Source of the DNA: a virus
Reading direction: 5' to 3' (one strand)
DNA length: 64,000 nucleotides
Virus record (IMG/VR): IMGVR_UViG_3300044511_000233
Span: 14,751-78,750 of that record
This document shows, piece by piece, positions 45,249-55,022 of the stretch. Position 1 is the stretch's first letter. The number at the start of each line of letters is the position of its first letter. The translations under genes and the position numbers were made by a program. The notes below the pieces were generated by a model. The model worked only from the letters and a program-made list of their open reading frames with translations, ran no database searches and was not told the DNA's origin.

Positions 45249-45630
45249 GAGTGAAATCCTTCTTGATGTAGCCCGAGCACTCGATCTCGAACCGATACGA
45301 CCCCTCGGTCTGCGGAGTGAACTCTAGTGTTGTGGAGGCATCCATAGTGCCCTGTGCCACGCCGTTGATTGAGATAAGACTCCCATCAGGCACGCCGGCA
45401 ATAATGGACTCGACGTTAACTGTAAGCGCAGGAGGAATAACAAGGCCCATAGGGACACGCTGACGAATAGTCAGATCAGGAAGAACCTCAATCTCATTAA
45501 TAGGAATGGTCTCATTAGTTAGAATAAAGTTGGTGATACCCTCTTGTTCGAGAAACTCTTGATACGTTGGGGGAGCAACATTGATAATATGCTGTACCTG
45601 ATACGTTGCCGGATCATAAAACACGAACAT
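45226..45630 (-). CDS. Tail accessory protein
   Basis: GGGAAG RBS; GVP.G..I.ING...LEF....G.Y Ig-like C-terminus. Confidence 0.65.
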   Translation of the reverse strand: MFVFYDPATYQVQHIINVAPPTYQEFLEQEGITNFILTNETIPINEIEVLPDLTIRQRVPMGLVIPPALTVNVESIIAGVPDGSLISINGVAQGTMDASTTLEFTPQTEGSYRFEIECSGYIKKDFTLEAIIQN

Positions 45631-45641
45631 TATCTTCCCCT

Positions 45642-46160
45642 TTATCGTTGAAGAACTGCATATGCAATATCCCAATTTAGTGTAGCACCTCCCGTTCCTG
45701 CGCTTGGGTATTCTACTGCAAGAATAACGTGAGTGGTTGTAGTTCCAACGGAAAAACATACTCCAACAGGATTGATAGTATCCCCTGCCAAATAAGAGTA
45801 TTTTGCGCGAGCATCCCCTCCTGCCGTGGGTCGCACACAATAAAGGACTTGAGGGGGTCTCGTAAACGTTTTACCAAATGGAATGTACTTTACGTAACGA
45901 TAATAGGCGGTTGAACCGAATATCCTAACGCTCCAACCGCTCCAACCGGAAAATACATTATACGTAGCAACTACAGTAGCTGCACCGACACCCTCAAATG
46001 CCCAACTCCCGTCAAGAGAGGCCACCCCAGTCATATAAACTCCATTATACTTATCAGAAAATCCATCAAAAGCTATACCCGTAAGAGGAGCAGATGTTAT
46101 ATCGTATCCAGGTCGAGAGACCTTAAAGGTCGTAGAAGATACAGCTACACGTTGAACCAT
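45642..46160 (-). CDS. Tail-tip accessory paralog 3
   Basis: RV....FKVSRPGYDI N-terminus; low GC. Confidence 0.7.
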   Translation of the reverse strand: MVQRVAVSSTTFKVSRPGYDITSAPLTGIAFDGFSDKYNGVYMTGVASLDGSWAFEGVGAATVVATYNVFSGWSGWSVRIFGSTAYYRYVKYIPFGKTFTRPPQVLYCVRPTAGGDARAKYSYLAGDTINPVGVCFSVGTTTTHVILAVEYPSAGTGGATLNWDIAYAVLQR

Positions 46161-46173
46161 TTTTTCGGATCCC

Positions 46174-46734
46174 CTAGACTAAAGACTGACGAAATAAACT
46201 ATAATGAATTGTAATATTACCCATTGTTAACGTTGAGGTTGGATATTGCAAACCAACAGTTCCATTCGGATATCGAGTATCAAGATCAGGAGTTGGTCCT
46301 GCCCACTCTATTCGAAATGTTATATAGATATAAGTCGCATCAATAAGTATACGAGGAACTGGGACACCCGCGGCATTTTTTAACACACTAATATTAGCGA
46401 GCGGAACAAATCCTAACCCATGTGCGATAGTGGTTTGATACAGTGCCCACCCATTTACATATAATGAAGCTCCATAGATCTCATCTGTATAACGATAGCT
46501 CGGAACTCCGTTTGTCCAATTGAGAACCTTCACTACAGCCCCTGGTTCAGCATAACTTATTAAGCTCAAAAGAACTGGGGTCATACTTCCTTGCAGGATG
46601 GGTTGGGTATTAATCCTATCAGTATCAACTAAATAGTCATCAAAATTCATTGACGATGAAACATCTTTTGTCGCCTTTGTCACCCATAACCCTGTGCTGG
46701 AACCCTTCTTTCCAAGAATTACCCGAGCGACCAT
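46174..46734 (-). CDS. Tail-tip accessory paralog 2
   Basis: RVILGK....GLWVTK...DV N-terminus; HGLGFVP. Confidence 0.7.
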   Translation of the reverse strand: MVARVILGKKGSSTGLWVTKATKDVSSSMNFDDYLVDTDRINTQPILQGSMTPVLLSLISYAEPGAVVKVLNWTNGVPSYRYTDEIYGASLYVNGWALYQTTIAHGLGFVPLANISVLKNAAGVPVPRILIDATYIYITFRIEWAGPTPDLDTRYPNGTVGLQYPTSTLTMGNITIHYSLFRQSLV

Positions 46735-47336
46735 TAGAATGCCCTCACGCCATACACGATGTATCTTACAGTTGCTGTCAGTTGTGTATAGAGGTATAGA
46801 GAGGTTGTTGCGATATTGACTTGAAATAGGGGCATTGTAGCTTCCGTCTGAACATACGCAAAATTTATATAATCAGTATAGCTAGCTCCATTAGGTGGAG
46901 TCCTTGCCCGATAACGATAAAAATACCCAAGAGGGGTCATTCCTCCCTCGTACAACAGATCATCAAGAACCCCCGCAATTCTATAAAAGGTCCCAGGAGA
47001 CCCCCCATATGTAGAAATACTCGTTGTACCAAATCCCATAGCAGCGATAGCGGAGCTTGTCTGATACAGCTCCCACCTCGATTCTCCGTTACGTAAAATG
47101 AAAATTTCAACAAAAGGAATATACCCAGAGCCAAGAGCAGCAAAAGGTATCGTTACGGAACTACCGGATAGATTAACCACGCCAGTTAAATAAAGAGGGA
47201 GCATGGAGGGCCAATCTGAATTAAACACCATCCTCTCATTATCGACAGGATTTGACGCAACATCATATCCCGGCTCACTCACACGAAGCCCGTAATGTCC
47301 ATCAGGAAACTTGCCGAGTAGAACCCTCTGCATCAC
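46734..47336 (-). CDS. Tail-tip accessory paralog 1
   Basis: RVLLGK....YGLRVSEPGYDV N-terminus; LG.GYIP. Confidence 0.7.
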   Translation of the reverse strand: MMQRVLLGKFPDGHYGLRVSEPGYDVASNPVDNERMVFNSDWPSMLPLYLTGVVNLSGSSVTIPFAALGSGYIPFVEIFILRNGESRWELYQTSSAIAAMGFGTTSISTYGGSPGTFYRIAGVLDDLLYEGGMTPLGYFYRYRARTPPNGASYTDYINFAYVQTEATMPLFQVNIATTSLYLYTQLTATVRYIVYGVRAF

Positions 47337-50300
47337 TTAATCCGAGATTGTGAGAGTTGCGTTCGTGAAATTGATCACGAACTTATTATCGGCCGATTTC
47401 GCGATGCCGGCAGTGACCGTTCCCAGGTCAGCAACGATCGCCGACAGCTCATTGACATCTAATGCTTGAGCTGTGATCGAACCGTCAAGAACAAGATCAC
47501 CATGGATGCCTACTGAAGCAAGACCCCCATGAGTCCCGACCGCAAAAACAGGTTTACGAGCAACCGGATTTAGAGAGTCATAGGCCGGGATCACGGAGAA
47601 TGTATTAGCCTGCACAACAAAATCGGACGTAACTCCGCCCGGAGAGCTGAACTGATTAAGCCCGAAGCCCGCGATCACTTGATAGGGTGGGTCAACTCCA
47701 GGAGCCTGCTGGGTCTGAATCTGAACATACCATGTTCCCTCGATAGTCTGCTTAATGGCGTCAATGTCGACGGAGATTGTTTGAGTGATAATACCGGCTA
47801 GTTGCCCCATCTGCGCAGTGACGTAAGTCTTATACTCAGCAAACGCTCGACTTGAATCGAGGATACTCTTTTGAGTTTCCACAACACCAGCTAGAGCCTG
47901 TTCTGCTTTCTTCACAGCACCGGCAGTATCAATTCGATTGATGAGGTCGGTAAGCTCAGTCTCATCTCGGAAAATTGGAGTCGAAAGATCCTGAGAAAGA
48001 TTGTCAAACGAGATAGTGTGAGGGTCTAGCCCAAAACCCTTGCCACTGAACTCACTAGAGTAGCTGATAGTTTTATCAAAAGTGTCGTAGAAGCCTACTC
48101 TTACATAAAGTGTCTCGCCATCCTTAATAGGAGTCCGGCACGTTACATTAGGCCCGTCATAAATCAGGTTAGCGCTATCGGGCGTGAACCCACTCGCGGG
48201 TGATGCATGCACTTTAGCCCCGGCCCAGTCTCTAACGAGCGTAGGTTTAATCCAGGTAATATCGAGAAGAAATAGATGAGCATCAAGAGAAAGAGTCCCA
48301 GGGGGGGAGGGGGGTGGATTCGATACGATGAGAGCAACCGGATCAGACATACTGTCGGTTGCGTCAACAGCCCGAATTTCCACTCTAAACGCTCGTGAAG
48401 CTGCTCCCCCAAAATCAAACTTGTTCGATTCAAAATCGTAAGTAAATTGAAGTTCCTTAGTATCAAACTGGCGCTTAATATCACCCGTGCCCTGATCGAC
48501 AACTCTGACGTGATAATGATCAAAGTATGTGTCTAGGGAAGCGTCCCACGCGAAATGGGGGGACAACGTGTCAAATTCAGTCGGCGAAGCCCCGTCAATG
48601 AGGTGAAGGTTCGTTGCAGGTTGAACCTCTCGTATATCCCCACTCACCATATGCTCAATAGAAACAGGTAAACTCTCTCGACCAGTAAGTGAAACCGCCA
48701 CAACGGTTAGAATGTATTCACCAAGCTGCACATTATCGATGCGGAAGAAGGTGTCACGAACTTCTCCTACATTGATCGGAGCTCCCCCGTTGAGTTGCGA
48801 ATAAATCCGATAGAAACGAAATAATGGCGTCGTGGTTGCTACCCACGACAACTCCAAAGAGTGTTGCCCAGGTGCAGGGGTGCGAGCTCGAACTGTAAGA
48901 CCAGATATGGGATTGATCTGCTGCGTTACATTCCCCGAACTTGACGTCGGTGGAGGAATATATACGCCATCTACAAAAGCCCATTTGTTTCGATTGACCT
49001 CGAGAGCTGACACAAGGATATTGTCAGGATCGCCGTCCGCTTCATCAATGGCTGTGATGCGGTAAGCTTTTGGAACTCCGACTGTATCCAGACACTCGAT
49101 CGAGAATACGGCTTGGTCAGGTAGATCAACCCCGGTGAGCGGTGTTTGAAGGTTCAGCACGGTGGTGCTGCCCGACCCTGTAATCAATGGAACAGAGACA
49201 GGCACTCCCGACTTGGTCGTAATTGATAGAACGTAATTGAACCCGGCCTCAAACGCGACTGCATCGCGAAGCCTTAGTGTCGAGCTGTCTATGACCTGTT
49301 TAATACGACCAGATATACCAAACCCAGAAGTTTCATCAGCGATCAGAATGATGTCAAAGGGAGACGCATAAAACCCCTGACGGTTTGTCTTGAAGCTGAC
49401 GATGGCCTTCTCAGTCTGTGCAGTGATCAGACGTAACCGTGCGCGCTTGATAGCTTCCGTCTCATCGATGCAGCCAACTGCAATGAACTCTTCAGGAACA
49501 CGTCCGAAGCGAGAAATGGCGTCGTCATCAACGATCCTACGACGATCTTCTCGCCAATTGAGTTGCGGATTGAGAAACGAGACCGTGATGTCGTTCTTTC
49601 GCGTCGTTATGTCCGTGAAGGAGTAGGTGAAGATCCCCTCTTCGACATTCTCGGGCGTAAAAAGAAGCACAGCCGGCTGATCGTCGGCGTCAAACAGGAT
49701 CGTGGCATAGCCGTTCCCCAGATCAACATATCGCCCGCCCGCTAAACCGCAGATGTAGTCGATTGAGTCCTGGATCGATCTTGGATCTTGAATAAGATCA
49801 TTATACGTGAACCCGTGTGCATCACAGTGTTGCCCGAACGCGTAAGTTGCGAACTTGTCCAGTAGGATTGGTTGATAGGCAGAGATCCCGTAACGATCAT
49901 TGGTCACGAGATCATATACAATCCAAGCAATGTTATTTGAATATTCCAGCTTAAACAAACCGTCCCAAACACCTGTATAAGTCTTGGTGATAGGATCATA
50001 ATTCGTCGGCACGCGAATAATTCTACCCTCACACTCGCTTGTGAAGGTGGGGATGCTTGAGAATTGCTCCGATGCGCGGAAAACCCCCTGTAATATGGAT
50101 AGATCATTAAATGTTAAAGGGGTTTGAGCAACTTCCTGGAAGCTCTCCCACGATAGATCACAAAAGTACTCAGCGGTGTTGGGGATACCAAGCTTCGTCA
50201 CTCTCACATCATAGGGTTCATTGATGCGAGCAACTGGAATTCTTAACTCCTTAATATAAGGAGAAGTTGTCTTCCCATAGACTTGAAACGCACCAGGGGG

Positions 50301-51224
50301 GCTAAACTGAAGAACTCCCCAGTCGAGAGAATTTACCCATGATGACCCGTTCCACACATATGCTATATGATCAATGGAACCATGGACCCCAGGAGGGACA
50401 ACCCAATAATCACGGGGGTCCATGCCAGCAGGGGATGTCTCCGACCACCCTAAATAAGCACGGCGAGTCATCCCGTTGTCTGTCCAGGTCCAGTAAGCAT
50501 ATGCAGACCCAGATACCGGATGAAAAACCGCATCCGGGAAGACTACCCATGCAGAACCGTTCCAGGTTCTGGGAGTAAAGTTTGTGTCAGACTCAAACCA
50601 CATAGCGCCAATAGCCAAAGCCGTAGGAGCTATAGCCTGAGTATAAACTTCATGTTGGATTGGGTTAGTAACCGAATTATTAGGGGCCAGCATCCCAAAA
50701 TAGTGGGTAATATCACCAGTAGTGGTAATTGGGGGAGGGGGAGTAATCGCTCCTATATTATTCCACACCGCTGAAGAGTGTGGCTTAATATCGATGACCC
50801 AGGTTGCCGGAGCAGGAAACTCACCCCACTGATTTGTAATGATCAACCGCTGAATGACGACACGGACATCAATATAGTCGATATTTATTTGAGTTCCGCT
50901 TCTCACAACAGGAAGATTAAGGTCTAAATTAACCCCTACCGTAGTCGAATTCCCAAAACCTCCGAGTTTTGGCACAACAGGGGATGCGGGGCTCTCCCCC
51001 GTATAGAACTTGATATCAAAGGGCCCGATATTTGGTATTCCAGCCGAGTTCGCTAAAGGTGTATCATTCAGAAATATCGATTCAACCCCATCGACAGGTC
51101 CTTTAATTGGCCCTTCCGACACAGCCATAATGGTCTCCAACACATCATTGGAGAACAGCGTGTCAGGAAAATGGATCTGTGGAATGGGAGGAGAGACGCC
51201 AAATTTGCGTCCTTGAAACGTCAC
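47337..51224 (-). CDS. Central tail fibre / tip protein J-like
   Basis: SEGPIKG, IFLNDTPL, RVPTNYDP..KTY.G.WDG.FK..YSNN.AW, FN3-like repeats, AGFGL. Confidence 0.93.
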   Translation of the reverse strand: MTFQGRKFGVSPPIPQIHFPDTLFSNDVLETIMAVSEGPIKGPVDGVESIFLNDTPLANSAGIPNIGPFDIKFYTGESPASPVVPKLGGFGNSTTVGVNLDLNLPVVRSGTQINIDYIDVRVVIQRLIITNQWGEFPAPATWVIDIKPHSSAVWNNIGAITPPPPITTTGDITHYFGMLAPNNSVTNPIQHEVYTQAIAPTALAIGAMWFESDTNFTPRTWNGSAWVVFPDAVFHPVSGSAYAYWTWTDNGMTRRAYLGWSETSPAGMDPRDYWVVPPGVHGSIDHIAYVWNGSSWVNSLDWGVLQFSPPGAFQVYGKTTSPYIKELRIPVARINEPYDVRVTKLGIPNTAEYFCDLSWESFQEVAQTPLTFNDLSILQGVFRASEQFSSIPTFTSECEGRIIRVPTNYDPITKTYTGVWDGLFKLEYSNNIAWIVYDLVTNDRYGISAYQPILLDKFATYAFGQHCDAHGFTYNDLIQDPRSIQDSIDYICGLAGGRYVDLGNGYATILFDADDQPAVLLFTPENVEEGIFTYSFTDITTRKNDITVSFLNPQLNWREDRRRIVDDDAISRFGRVPEEFIAVGCIDETEAIKRARLRLITAQTEKAIVSFKTNRQGFYASPFDIILIADETSGFGISGRIKQVIDSSTLRLRDAVAFEAGFNYVLSITTKSGVPVSVPLITGSGSTTVLNLQTPLTGVDLPDQAVFSIECLDTVGVPKAYRITAIDEADGDPDNILVSALEVNRNKWAFVDGVYIPPPTSSSGNVTQQINPISGLTVRARTPAPGQHSLELSWVATTTPLFRFYRIYSQLNGGAPINVGEVRDTFFRIDNVQLGEYILTVVAVSLTGRESLPVSIEHMVSGDIREVQPATNLHLIDGASPTEFDTLSPHFAWDASLDTYFDHYHVRVVDQGTGDIKRQFDTKELQFTYDFESNKFDFGGAASRAFRVEIRAVDATDSMSDPVALIVSNPPPSPPGTLSLDAHLFLLDITWIKPTLVRDWAGAKVHASPASGFTPDSANLIYDGPNVTCRTPIKDGETLYVRVGFYDTFDKTISYSSEFSGKGFGLDPHTISFDNLSQDLSTPIFRDETELTDLINRIDTAGAVKKAEQALAGVVETQKSILDSSRAFAEYKTYVTAQMGQLAGIITQTISVDIDAIKQTIEGTWYVQIQTQQAPGVDPPYQVIAGFGLNQFSSPGGVTSDFVVQANTFSVIPAYDSLNPVARKPVFAVGTHGGLASVGIHGDLVLDGSITAQALDVNELSAIVADLGTVTAGIAKSADNKFVINFTNATLTISD

Positions 51225-52297
51225 GGCAAGCGACCCTTATAGATCGAGCCTTCAGACGGATCCCCAACCTGAACTTTCCAACGCCGAGTGACCCCATGAA
51301 CGGGGTGCATCGTCAGCATCCATTGAGATGCTGGCGCCGATCCCATGCGACCTGCGAGAGAATATTCAGACGGCCCTGAAAGAGATCCATTGACGAAACC
51401 CTCTTCAAGCTCAACCGCGGTGTGGAAATGGCCAATGACAATCGTGTCGAGAATGACTCCTTCGGCCGCATAGTCGCGGACAAGACGCTTCATCCCGCGC
51501 GCGGCTGTCGCCGCGGGGCCAACGAAGCCCGTGCCGCCGCGCGAGCCGATGCGGTCGCCGTGTGTAAAGAGCACGTTCCAACCCATGATATTGATGAGCG
51601 CATCGCCGCTCATAGGCGCTGAAAAAGATAAGCGCTGTTCACCGGTCGCGGAGAACCAGCTCTCGAGCATCCAGAAGACAAGCGTGTCGTAAGAATGAAG
51701 CGCAACGCCCTTGGCTTCTGGCTTCCGCGTCAGGCGCCCGTGGTTGCCTGGAACCGAAATAATCTTGATCGGGCAATCGAACGTCTCAAGCAGAAGTCGT
51801 ATACCAGAGATCAGCCACTCGGTCAGTTCACGCACTGCAGGAAGCGCCAAGAGATCATTCGTCTTAGCGAGCTCATCGTGAATCTCACCGCTGATCAAAT
51901 CTCCACCAAGCACGAGATAGATCACTTCGGGGGCAGGGCCCGACCAATGGTCGGTGCCTAGCTTCACAACTCTCTGGAACAGCCGTTGAAGTCGGGCGCG
52001 AGCAATCTTTCTATTGAAGGAGTTTCGCCCATTCATTTGTGCGAGATCGATAACCTCACCCATATGAAGGTCGCTCAGGAACAGGACGACTGCTTCCCCG
52101 TGTGCGCGTCGCTTTGCTGATTTCGGAGCCCACGATGGAGGTTTTAAAGGTTGAGCTGTGAGAGAGAAGACGGACTCTCGAAGAGCCTCGGCGCGTACAG
52201 CGCGTCGTTCCGCGTCTTTGCGAGCGGAAAAATGACGCGCCGCGTCGTCTTTAAGACGACGAATGAGGATCTTGTCTGAGGATATCTTTGTCATCAC
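51221..52297 (-). CDS. Calcineurin-like metallophosphoesterase inserted in the tail operon
   Basis: SDLH, GGD, GNH, THGD, GHFH. Confidence 0.85.
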   Translation of the reverse strand: MMTKISSDKILIRRLKDDAARHFSARKDAERRAVRAEALRESVFSLTAQPLKPPSWAPKSAKRRAHGEAVVLFLSDLHMGEVIDLAQMNGRNSFNRKIARARLQRLFQRVVKLGTDHWSGPAPEVIYLVLGGDLISGEIHDELAKTNDLLALPAVRELTEWLISGIRLLLETFDCPIKIISVPGNHGRLTRKPEAKGVALHSYDTLVFWMLESWFSATGEQRLSFSAPMSGDALINIMGWNVLFTHGDRIGSRGGTGFVGPAATAARGMKRLVRDYAAEGVILDTIVIGHFHTAVELEEGFVNGSLSGPSEYSLAGRMGSAPASQWMLTMHPVHGVTRRWKVQVGDPSEGSIYKGRLP

Positions 52298-52842
52298 ACC
52301 GCATTCACGTTTATTGAGAGAATATGTCCTCCGACTTTCCGTCGCCCGTAAAGGATCGGAATACGCGTTCCGATCCCCACAGTATTCTGTGGAGGTCCGA
52401 GGTAGTGATTGGTCTGTTGAGCATTCGTCGCGGCGTTGCTGCTGTCACGCTGAGGCGCAGCAAACATCTGCAGGACACCGCCAAGAATCACCAGGGTGCC
52501 GACCTTCAGTAGAAGGGGAGAAAGCGGAGCGAAAAAGGGGATGAATGACGCAACGACGAGAGCGCTCCCTATCAGGATTTGCAGGAAACCACCGCGCTTA
52601 CCACCACAGAACTGCGGGAATAAATGGATGTCAGTCTGATCGTTCCCAGCGAATAGATCTTCGACCGTGTTACAGCCGGCTACCTGGATTTTTTGGTAGC
52701 CCGTCTTCGCGTTCGGCCGAAATCCTGGGAGCTGGAGACTTACGAGACGGATCGCCTCAGCGACAGTGTCGGCGTTGACCTCAATCGGGCCATCATGGAG
52801 TTTTTTCAGAGGACCGTGGAGATGGACTCTACGAAGAGTCAT
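52294..52842 (-). CDS. Tail assembly protein I-like (ubiquitin-like fold)
   Basis: LHGPL, TVAEAI, GGKRGG, IPILYG...VGG. Confidence 0.88.
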   Translation of the reverse strand: MTLRRVHLHGPLKKLHDGPIEVNADTVAEAIRLVSLQLPGFRPNAKTGYQKIQVAGCNTVEDLFAGNDQTDIHLFPQFCGGKRGGFLQILIGSALVVASFIPFFAPLSPLLLKVGTLVILGGVLQMFAAPQRDSSNAATNAQQTNHYLGPPQNTVGIGTRIPILYGRRKVGGHILSINVNAV

Positions 52843-53351
52843 CCATACCTCGCGAACTCACCATGTTGTTCATACCTAGCTCTATAAACAGCCTCTTGCG
52901 CTTCAACTACTGTATCAAATAGACCTATATATTTCCTACCATATTTAGCTTGAAATTTCCTATAGTGTCTGGTGACTCCTAATGGCAACCTCTCAACTTT
53001 ATTACTATTAGCGATACGATTAGCTCCATTCTGGGCGCGTGAGCAGCTCCTCAAATTATGAAGCCTATTATCATCAGTTACTCGATTTTTATGGTCTATC
53101 AATTCTGGTTCATCCCCATAGACCATCTTCCAAATGATACGGTGTGAGGCCCACAACACATTATTTATCGCGACGTATCTATATCCTAGCTTATTAAGAT
53201 TTCCAGCCTCTTTCCCAGTCCACTTAGAGTTCCATGATTTAGAAGCATCTATTCTGTGTTTCCAAAATAACTTTCCACTTTCCGGATCATAATGAAAAAC
53301 TGCAAGGAGACAGTCTCTTGGAGGCAGCGGCCTAAATCGTTCCGACTTCAT
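52839..53351 (-). CDS. HNH-AP2 homing endonuclease
   Basis: YDPESG, HRIIW, IDHKNR...DNR..NLR; low GC. Confidence 0.9.
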   Translation of the reverse strand: MKSERFRPLPPRDCLLAVFHYDPESGKLFWKHRIDASKSWNSKWTGKEAGNLNKLGYRYVAINNVLWASHRIIWKMVYGDEPELIDHKNRVTDDNRLHNLRSCSRAQNGANRIANSNKVERLPLGVTRHYRKFQAKYGRKYIGLFDTVVEAQEAVYRARYEQHGEFARYG

Positions 53352-53670
53352 CCGAGATAAGTCTTCCTTTAACTACCCGGTAAACGGAAATCCCATCATG
53401 GCCTAAAATATAGTGACGCCAATCCGGATACGCCATAAATGATTGAAAATCGCCGATTGATGGGTTGGAACTCGCGCTCGGATGAGTATGCCACGTAGCT
53501 ACAACACGATCCTCATACGCCAGTAGATCATCACCCTTGACCTCGAACCCATTGATGGGGTCTGAACAAATGTTTTCGAGCTCGACGATCGAGTTATCGT
53601 CAAGAACGAAACCAACTCGTTCATTCTCACCCTTGTTGAGGAGCAGCAGGGAGTTTGCGTCGAAATCCAT
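53332..53670 (-). CDS. JAB/Mov34 metalloprotease (tail K-like half)
   Basis: E..GF...HTHP.....PS..D. Confidence 0.88.
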   Translation of the reverse strand: MDFDANSLLLLNKGENERVGFVLDDNSIVELENICSDPINGFEVKGDDLLAYEDRVVATWHTHPSASSNPSIGDFQSFMAYPDWRHYILGHDGISVYRVVKGRLISDEVGTI

Positions 53671-54109
53671 CGGGGAGTAGCTCCATGAGTTCGAGAGTGT
53701 TCTGCTCATTGGTGAGCTTGACGTCCTTATGTCGAAGCACCGCAAGAGTGGTATTGCGATAGAGACCGCGGTAGTCGTCAACGCGCGAAAGCTGACCGAC
53801 AACGTGGTGAATGATTTTTCCACGTTCTATAAGAACCGCACAATGATTGGCGACCTTTGCTCGGATCGCCATCAGGATAAGATCGCCGGGCTTCCACTCT
53901 GAAGGGTGATCATCGAGAGGACGAAAATTGTTCTCGTGAAAGTAATCCATATAGAAATTGAGTCCGTGATTCCAAAAGTCCTCAACACGAGCATAATTCG
54001 GGAGCGTGATATTGAAATTGTCATGGTAGAAAGAACGAACGAGGCCATAGCAATCGGTCGAACCGTAATGGAAAGGTCGACCAAGGAGGTGATCGTATCG
54101 AATGCTCAT
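53627..54109 (-). CDS. NlpC/P60 peptidase (tail K-like half)
   Basis: DCYGLVR, PGD, NHCAV, IHH. Confidence 0.9.
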   Translation of the reverse strand: MSIRYDHLLGRPFHYGSTDCYGLVRSFYHDNFNITLPNYARVEDFWNHGLNFYMDYFHENNFRPLDDHPSEWKPGDLILMAIRAKVANHCAVLIERGKIIHHVVGQLSRVDDYRGLYRNTTLAVLRHKDVKLTNEQNTLELMELLPDGFRRKLPAAPQQG

Positions 54110-54111
54110 TG

Positions 54112-54609
54112 TCACAGCGTCACGAACGGAAATTCAGGAGACATGAACTTTCGAGCAGGTATCACTAGATCAGGACCGTCACTCAGACTCCTCAGTTCCA
54201 TCGTGATACCTTGACCCGCTACTACCTCTTTGATCCTAGCCACATACCAAAAATTTGGATCGGAAAGATTCACGTTTGTCTCTAGATGTTGACGCAACAC
54301 TCGTCGACGAACCACCTGAGCACCATCAAGATACCCTGCAAAGACGAACGAGTTAAAAAGTCCTGCTGGGTTGGCGATCGTCAACGTCGGGCGCGACTTA
54401 CCCCCGTCCGCACTTACCTGATATCCCATCAACCTAACAGCCATGCTCTCATAGACATTAGCTTGCCACGTAACTTGTGGGCCATCTCTGAAACGCACGA
54501 CCGTAGGAGATGACGTCCCTACGGGCGTAATCTCAAACAGATCAACAAGCGCATCAGCAGTAAGTTTCTGTGCTTCTTCGACGTGAGACGCAGGAGCTCC
54601 AGTGGTCAT
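54112..54609 (-). CDS. Minor tail protein L-like (short)
   Basis: VDLFEI, VTWQ..Y, RPTLTIAN, GA.V.R.R; no C-terminal Cys cluster. Confidence 0.8.
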   Translation of the reverse strand: MTTGAPASHVEEAQKLTADALVDLFEITPVGTSSPTVVRFRDGPQVTWQANVYESMAVRLMGYQVSADGGKSRPTLTIANPAGLFNSFVFAGYLDGAQVVRRRVLRQHLETNVNLSDPNFWYVARIKEVVAGQGITMELRSLSDGPDLVIPARKFMSPEFPFVTL

Positions 54610-55022
54610 GGCAACAGTACCAAGTCGATTTGAACAGGCTCAATCGCATGCCCGCGGCGCCCGAGGTCCGGCCTCTCAACAATCGCAGCCTTAATCCCCC
54701 GAAATGCTGGAAGTGGCTTCGAGAACCGAACAGTCACAAGACCTCGAGAAGGATGCACATACTCGAAAGGTTCATAGAGCCGATGGAACTCATAGAAGTC
54801 TTGTAAATGGGCCGCGTTCGTATTGGGGAACGTCGTGCGATCAATTACGTTCAACACGTTCGTCCACCAACAAAGACCTTGGACTTCCAGATGGAAAATG
54901 ATCTGATCCGGTCCTCGCGGTTTCGATGCAAATGAATAGCCCTTGCCGAACTTGATGACCTGACTGCTCTCGGGATACTCGTCACCGACAGTATGGTAAC
55001 GATAACCAAACCGTTTCATCAC
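54606..55022 (-). CDS. Distal tail / minor tail protein M-like
   Basis: KFG.GY...L.DFY..H....PF.Y..P; follows the TMP. Confidence 0.7.
   Translation of the reverse strand: MMKRFGYRYHTVGDEYPESSQVIKFGKGYSFASKPRGPDQIIFHLEVQGLCWWTNVLNVIDRTTFPNTNAAHLQDFYEFHRLYEPFEYVHPSRGLVTVRFSKPLPAFRGIKAAIVERPDLGRRGHAIEPVQIDLVLLP

Noticed and set aside
43478-47336. Diversity-generating retroelement or invertible tail-fibre cassette
   Set aside because: No reverse transcriptase, TR/VR pair, invertase or inverted crossover sites found.
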